From NCBI GenBank assembly GCA_002104905.1, contig MCFE01000592.1, positions 1-55,109 on the forward strand: DNA of 55,109 nucleotides, written 5' to 3'. The DNA is from Basidiobolus meristosporus CBS 931.73 (lineage: Eukaryota; Fungi; Basidiobolomycota). The notes under the pieces were generated by a model. It saw only the letters and a program-made list of their open reading frames with translations. It was not told where the DNA came from and made no database searches. Within the stretch, counting starts at the first letter, position 1. Each line of letters begins with the position of its first letter. A program made the position numbers and the translations under genes. This document shows positions 48,931 to 55,109 of the stretch, piece after piece.

Positions 48931-51900
48931 AGCTAAATGTTCATACTGACTAGTCCTAATTTTGACCTAAGATATTCAAACTTTTCTCTAGCTAATGGTT
49001 TGGTAAATATGTCTGCAATCATTTCATCTGTAGGACAGTAAACTAAGCTAACTAAGCTATTCTCTATAGCTTCACATATGAAATGATGTCTAATATCTAT
49101 GTGCTTGGTTCTAGCATGAAAAGTTGGATTTCTACCTAATTGTATACATCCTTGATTATCCTGAAATAAAGTAATGGGCGTTTTTTGACATAGGCCTAAA
49201 TCTGTTAAGAGTTTTCTTAACCACATTGCTTCTTTTGTAGCTTCACAGGCTGCCATATACTCTGCCTCTGTAGTAGAAAGTGCTACGGTTGGTTGCTTTC
49301 TTGAATTCCATGAAATTGCTCCTTTACAGTAAAGAAAGGTGTATCCTGTGGTGGATCTTCTGTCTTCCAAATTTCGTCCCCAATCTGCATCAGAGTATCC
49401 CACAAGATCTTGTTCTGAATCTATATAAGTGTATCTTAAGCAGATATCAGCAGTTCCTTTTAGGTATCTAAAAATCCGCTTAACTGCTGCAATATGATCA
49501 GATCCATAGTTCTGATTATGTTGGCTGACAACTCCCACTGAATATGAGATATCTGGACGTGTTCCCAGCATGATATACATCAGACTGCCGACCATTGATT
49601 GATAAGGAAAGTCAGGGCTTTCAGATGGCACCAAGCTCTCTTGATTTGGTCAAGTTTTGACCAAGTTAAGGTTTGTCTCCATTGGGGTAGCTGCCGGTTT
49701 ACAGTCTTCCATTTTGTACTTCTTTAGTATATCTTGAATATACTTGGATTGGCTTAGGGTAATAGTCTGGGTACTTCTGTCTATGGAGAACTTAATCCCT
49801 AAGTAGTAACTAAGTTCTCCTAAATCAGACATCTTGAACTCCTTAGATAGGCTGGATTTAGTCTCTTCCAATGTTTCTAGGTTATTGGCGGCTATAATAA
49901 GATCATCCACATATAGAGCTAATAGAACTGGATTTGCTCTATCTGGCTTATAGTATATACTATAGTCAGCATTACTCCTTTGAAACTCAAAGATTCCAAA
50001 TAAGAATCTATCTTGCAATTCCAGGCTCTCGGTGATTGTTTGAGACCATATAGTGACTTTTTAAGCTTGCAGACCAAATGGGGGTTATTTTGGTCAACAA
50101 ACCCATCAGGCTGGTCCATATACACGTCCTTATCAAGTTCTCCATTCAAAAATGCAGTTTTTACATCCATTTGATGAATAAAAAACTTATATTTGGCTGC
50201 AATAGCCAATATTAATCTGATGGAATTAAACTTGGCTACCGGTGCAAAGGTCTCAGTACAGTCAAGTCCTTTTGTTTGAGAGTATCCTTTGGCTACAAGT
50301 CTTGCTTTGTATCTTTCAATTGTGCCATCAGCCTTGTATTTTGTCTTGAAGACCCATCTGCATCCAATTGATTTTTGGTTGATTGGTAATTTGACTAAGT
50401 CCCAAGTTTGATTTTCCATCAGGGCCTGATATTCCTCAGTCATTGCAGATCTCCAAAACTTTGTCTGAGGGCTATTTAGGGCCTCTTTTACAGTCTGGGG
50501 TTCATCAATATGGACTGAATAGGCATAGGCTAAGTTTGTACCCTCATTGATATAGTAATTTGGGTATATCTTGTCCGATTTGATCTCCGGGCATTTGATA
50601 CTAGAATGATCACTTCTGGGATATTCCTGGGCACTGATTCTGGCTGAACCACGGTTGTAGAGTCCTCTGGAGTGAAAAAATTTTCATTGTTTTGCTCTGA
50701 TTCAATCCTGACAATTGGTGGACTTGAGATCAAATTTTTGTCATCATCTGATGTCATTTTTTGTGAAAATTTTGAATTTTCATCAAACAACACATCCCTG
50801 GACTTGATCAGCTTCTTTGCTTTGGTATTGTAGAGTCTGTATGCCTTACTCTCATTGCAGTAGCCCAAAAATATGCATTTTACACTTTTTGGCTCAAATT
50901 TTGACTGATTTCCGGCCAGTTTTTTGGCATATGCTGTACACCCAAATATTCTTAGATGTTCTGCACTTGGTCTGTATCCATACCATGCTTCAAATGGAGT
51001 AGAATCACGAAGTATTCTGTTATAACTCCTATTTTTAAGATATACAGCAGTGGCAACTGATTGCGCCCAAAAATCATAGGATAATTTTTGATCATGATTC
51101 ATAGATCTTGCCATATCAATTATTGATCTGTTAGCTTGTTCTGCTACTCCATTTTGCTGTGGGGAGTATGGTACAGTAGTCTCTTGCTTTATCCCATGAA
51201 TTTTGCAGAAGTGGATGAAGAGTTTTGAGGTATATTCTCCACCATTGTCAGAGCGTATTTTCTCAATTTTTTCACCAGTTTCTCTCTCCACCATGGCTTT
51301 AAACTCCCTGAACTTAGACAGAGCTTCTTCCTTTCTCTCCATGAAGTAGACCCATGTGTATCTTGTATAATCATCAATAAAAGTGATTATATACTTCATC
51401 CCGCCTAAGGATAAATTTTGCATAGGTCCACACAGATCTGAGTGAATTAGATCTAATTTTTTCTTAGTTTTGATTAACCAAGAGCTCTTGAACAGTTGTC
51501 TGGCTTGTTTCCCATATATGCAGGCTTCACAGTGCTCCAAATTAGCTGGGGGATCAATTTTCACTCCAGAAATTAGCTGATCTTTGATCATTTTGCGCAA
51601 ATAATCAAAATTGATGTGCCCAAATCTCCTGTGCCAAAGCATTGGTGTTTCTTCATTTAAGTTACTTATATTGGCTTCCAGATATGATGGAATATAAGTC
51701 AACTTATATAGATTCTGATCTCTGATGCCCGAAAGCAATATGAGCACCATTTTGATCAGTGATCCTGCATCCAGAATTGTCAAAACTGATACTGAGTCCT
51801 TCTGCTGTGGCCTTGCTTACAGAGCGTAGGTTCTTGGCTATTTCTGGTACATAGAGTACTTCTTTAAAGGTCAGTATATGGCTTCCTTCACTGCTTCTAA

Positions 51901-52414
51901 GGTTTACTTGGATAGTTCCTTCTCCCACTGCATCAAGTGTTGTATTGTCACCCATGAAAACCTTCTTAATTGGAATTTCTTGATATTGGGTAAAAAGTTC
52001 TTTTTGGTGTGTAAAGTGTTGAGAAGCTGCAGAGTCAATATACCACGTCTGAGAATCCTTGTTTGTGGTCATATTTAGTGCAGATATGAATAGTCTATCT
52101 TCAGTTGTTGCAGTATTTCCATATTCAGGCTTCTTTTGCTGATAATCTCTCTTTTTGAAACACCGTCTGATGTGTGTCCTTTCCTTTTGCAGTAGTTGCA
52201 AAATAGGTTGCTGTTGCCTTTGTAGGTCTTGGGTACCTCCTTTGTTGGTTATCATTGCTTATTAAAGCATTTTCTTCTTCCTTCTTATTGGCGCTTGATT
52301 TTCTTAATTCTCATCCAGGAGCCTTCCATATACGTAATTTAAGTCAAATCTTCAGTTCTGGACTCTAGGCTGATACAGCCTGAACGTGTCTGTCAGCTAT
52401 CAGGATGTAACTAT

Positions 52415-52760
52415 TGTGTAAAATTCGTATTTCCACCTAAATATTCACCTAACTTAGTCACTTAGATCATCACCTTCAAATCCTAGAGAATACTGACCAA
52501 ATTCCTTGTCGGGATTTACTTAGAATATTTTCACCAAAATACCAGGTACCCAGAACATGAAAATTCTCAAAGTTGTCCAAACAGCCCCAAACTTTGCACA
52601 CATGTTCTTGGGACCTTCCTTAACCTATTCTACGTGTTTGTAATGCCAAGACCATGTAAAAGTATAAATACTACTTTTACATTCAATAAATCATTAAGTG
52701 AAAACCACATAATCTACTTGTTCTCCAATCACTTCCAATATCTCCAAGACTCTTACAACA
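52415..52760 (+). repeat. 5' LTR of copy C (first ~20 nt degraded)
   Basis: Reverse complement of 48573-48921 with about 6 substitutions and 1 indel outside the degraded start; ends TTACAACA. Confidence 0.92.
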
Positions 52761-52774
52761 GGTTATGAGCCCCG
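52761..52774 (+). promoter_or_regulatory. Primer-binding site GGTTATGAGCCC(CG), complementary to the anticodon stem-loop of initiator tRNA-Met (half-tRNA priming)
   Basis: Abuts the LTR 3' end. Its reverse complement GGGCTCATAACC is the tRNAiMet anticodon arm (CAT anticodon); same PBS type as Ty5 and Drosophila copia. Confidence 0.85.
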
Positions 52775-55109
52775 AGCTGTCACTCTCTGCAATGTCTACT
52801 ACTGCTATTACTGGAATTTTTCCCTCTGCTGAAAAGTTGGATGGATCTAACTACCAAGTGTGGAAGGTGAAGATGAAGATGCTGCTACAAGAAAGAGGCC
52901 TTTGGGATATTGTCATGGGAGAAGAATGCCCTCCTAAAAACGTGGGAGAGGAAGCCTTAAAGTACCAGAAGAAAGAACAAAGTGCCTTTAACTGCATTTG
53001 CCTTAATGTCAAGGACAAATTGCTAATTCAATGCTCAAGAGCAAAAACGGCAAAGAATGCCTGGAAGGCATTAGAAGACACCTACCAGTCATGTTCAGCT
53101 GCCAAGAAAATGTATCTGAGAAGAAAATTCTTTACTACAAAGATGCTGCCAGGAGAAGAAATGAAAAATCTAATTAACAGAATTACCCTGCTGGTAGATG
53201 AGATGGAATCTGTGGGCGTACCAACTACTGATGAGGATGTGATAGTTACCATCCTGAATAGCCTGACAGACAAGTTTCAGGGCCTTGTATCAGCCCTAGA
53301 GTCCAGAACTGAAGATTTGACCTTAAATTACGTATATGGAAGGCTCCTGGATGAAGAATTAAGAAAATCAAGCGCCAATAAGAAGGAAGAAGAAAATGCT
53401 TTAATAAGCAATGATAACCAACAAAGGAGGTACCCAAGACCCTACAAAGGCAACAGCAACCTATTTTGCAACTACTGCAAAAGGAAAGGACACACATCAG
53501 ACCGGTGTTTCAAAAAGAGAGATTATCAGCAAAAGAAGCCTGAATATGGAAATGCTGCAACAACTGAAGATAGACTATTCATATCTGCACTAAATATGAC
53601 CACAAACAAGGATTCTCAGACGTGGTATATTGACTCTGGAGCTTCTCAACACTTTACACACCAAAAAGAACTTTTTACCCAATATCAAGAAATTCCAATT
53701 AAGAAGGTTTTCATGGGTGACGATAGAACACTTGATGCAGTGGGAGAAGGAACTATCCAAGTAAACCTTAGAAGCAGTGAAGGAAGCCATACACTGACCT
53801 TTAAAGAAGTACTCTATGTACCAGAAATAGCCAAGAACCTACTCTCTGTAAGCAAGGCCACAGCAGAAGGACTCAGTTTCAGTTTTGACAATTCTGGATG
53901 CAGGATCACTGATCAAAATGGTGCCCATATTGCTTCGGGCATCAGAGATCAGAATCTATACAAGTTGACTTATATTCCATCATATCTGGAAGCCAATATA
54001 AGTAACTTAAATGAAGAAACACCAATGCTTTGGCACAGGAGATTTGGACACATCAATTTTGATTATTTGCGTAAAATGATCAAAGATCAGCTAATTTCTG
54101 GAGTGAAAATTGATCCCCCAGCTAATTTTGGAGCACTGTGAAGCCTGCATATATGGGAAACAAGCCAGACAACCGTTCAAGAGCTCTGGGTTAATCAAAA
54201 CTAAGAAAAAATTAGATCTAATTCACTCAGATCTGTGTGGACCTATGCAAAATTTATCCTTAGGCGGGATGAAGTATTTAATCACTTTTATTGATGATTA
54301 TACAAGATACACATGGGTCTACTTCATGGAGAGAAAGGAAGAAGCTCTGTCTAAGCTCAGGGAGTTTAAAGCCATGGTGGAGAGAGAAACTGGTGAAAAA
54401 ATCAAGAAAATACGCTCTGACAATGGTGGAGAATATACCTCAAAACTCTTCATCCACTTCTGCAAAATTCATGGGATAAAGCAAGAGACTACTGTACCAT
54501 ACTCCCCACAGCAAAATGGAGTAGCAGAACGAGCTAACAGATCAATAATTGATATGGCAAGATCTATGATCCATGATCAAAAATTATCCTATGATTTTTG
54601 GGCGGAATCAGTTGCCACTGCTGTATATCTTAAAAATAGGAGTTATAACAGAATACTTCGTGATTCTACTCCATTTGAAGCATGGTATGGATACAGACCA
54701 AGTGCAGAACATCTAAGAATATTTGGGTGTACAGCATATGCCAAAAAACTGGCCGGAAATCAGTCAAAATTTGAGCCAAAAAGTGTAAAATGCATATTTT
54801 TGGGCTACTGCAATGAGAGTAAGGCATACAGACTCTACAATACCGAAAGCAAAGAAGCTGATCAAGTCCAGGGATGTGTTGTTTGATGAAAATTCAAAAT
54901 TTTCACAAAAAATGACATCAGATGATGACGAAAATTTGATCTCAAGTCCACCAATTGTCAGGATTGAATCAGAGCAAAACAATGAAAATTTTTTCACTCC
55001 AGAGGACTCTACAACCGTGGTTCAGCCAGAATCAGTGCCCAGGAATATCCCAGAAGTGATCATTCCAGTATCAAATGCCCGGAGATCCAATTGGACAAGA
55101 AATAGCCCA

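Larger units (their letters stand above)
48573..52414 (-). mobile_element. Ty1/copia retrotransposon copy B: partial gag, protease, integrase, RT, RNase H and 3' LTR; 5' part missing at the junction with copy C
   Basis: WYIDSAASQH (protease; DSGASQH in copy C), IHSDLCGP/SDNGGEY (integrase), YKARLVAKGY/HQMDVKTAFLNG/LYVDD (RT) and YSDADW..RRSTTGY/STTEAEY/TKHIDIRHHF (RNase H), in copia domain order. Confidence 0.97.
52415..55109 (+). mobile_element. Ty1/copia retrotransposon copy C: 5' LTR, PBS, gag, protease and integrase; runs off the window end
   Basis: KLDGSNYQVWKVKMKMLL (gag N-terminus), CNYCKRKGHTSDRC (zinc knuckle), WYIDSGASQH and HCEAC/integrase core; near-identical to copy B. Confidence 0.97.

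Overview
This is a eukaryotic, intron-rich fungal window (introns mostly about 50-80 nt, GT-AG, CTAAC-type branch sites). The style suggests an early-diverging lineage such as Zoopagomycota or Mucoromycota, but that is inference. A ~46 kb island of about 19 genes is bracketed by CpG-depleted transposon DNA. The genes encode EB1/Bim1, a PH protein, a nucleotide-sugar transporter, PTPA, C2H2 and Zn2Cys6 factors, NAE1/Ula1, an Atg27-like protein, a GPI-anchored Cys-rich protein, Rab6/Ypt6, a proteinase-B-like subtilisin, a HAC1/XBP1 bZIP, an aldo-keto reductase, a stand-alone ABC ATPase, a chorismate mutase-prephenate dehydratase fusion, an alpha-arrestin, a DEAD-box helicase and two uncharacterised multi-exon proteins. 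The left edge is a Ty1/copia fragment. The right edge holds a decayed CACTA transposase plus two near-identical copia copies joined head-to-head. The strongest signal is an IRE1-type non-canonical 47-nt intron in the bZIP gene. It folds into a tiled four-helix junction: a closing stem, two CNG|CAGN loops and an extra hairpin. The unspliced frame carries an XBP1u/bZIP60-like hydrophobic tail, and an ERSE-like element lies upstream. Other notable items are a bacterial-type PheA P-protein carrying 7 spliceosomal introns, a 67-aa prion-like insertion inside a DEAD-box core, and a half-tRNA-iMet primer site in the copia element. All exon structures were parsed by hand and no database search was run. 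No CRISPR array, rRNA or tRNA gene was seen.
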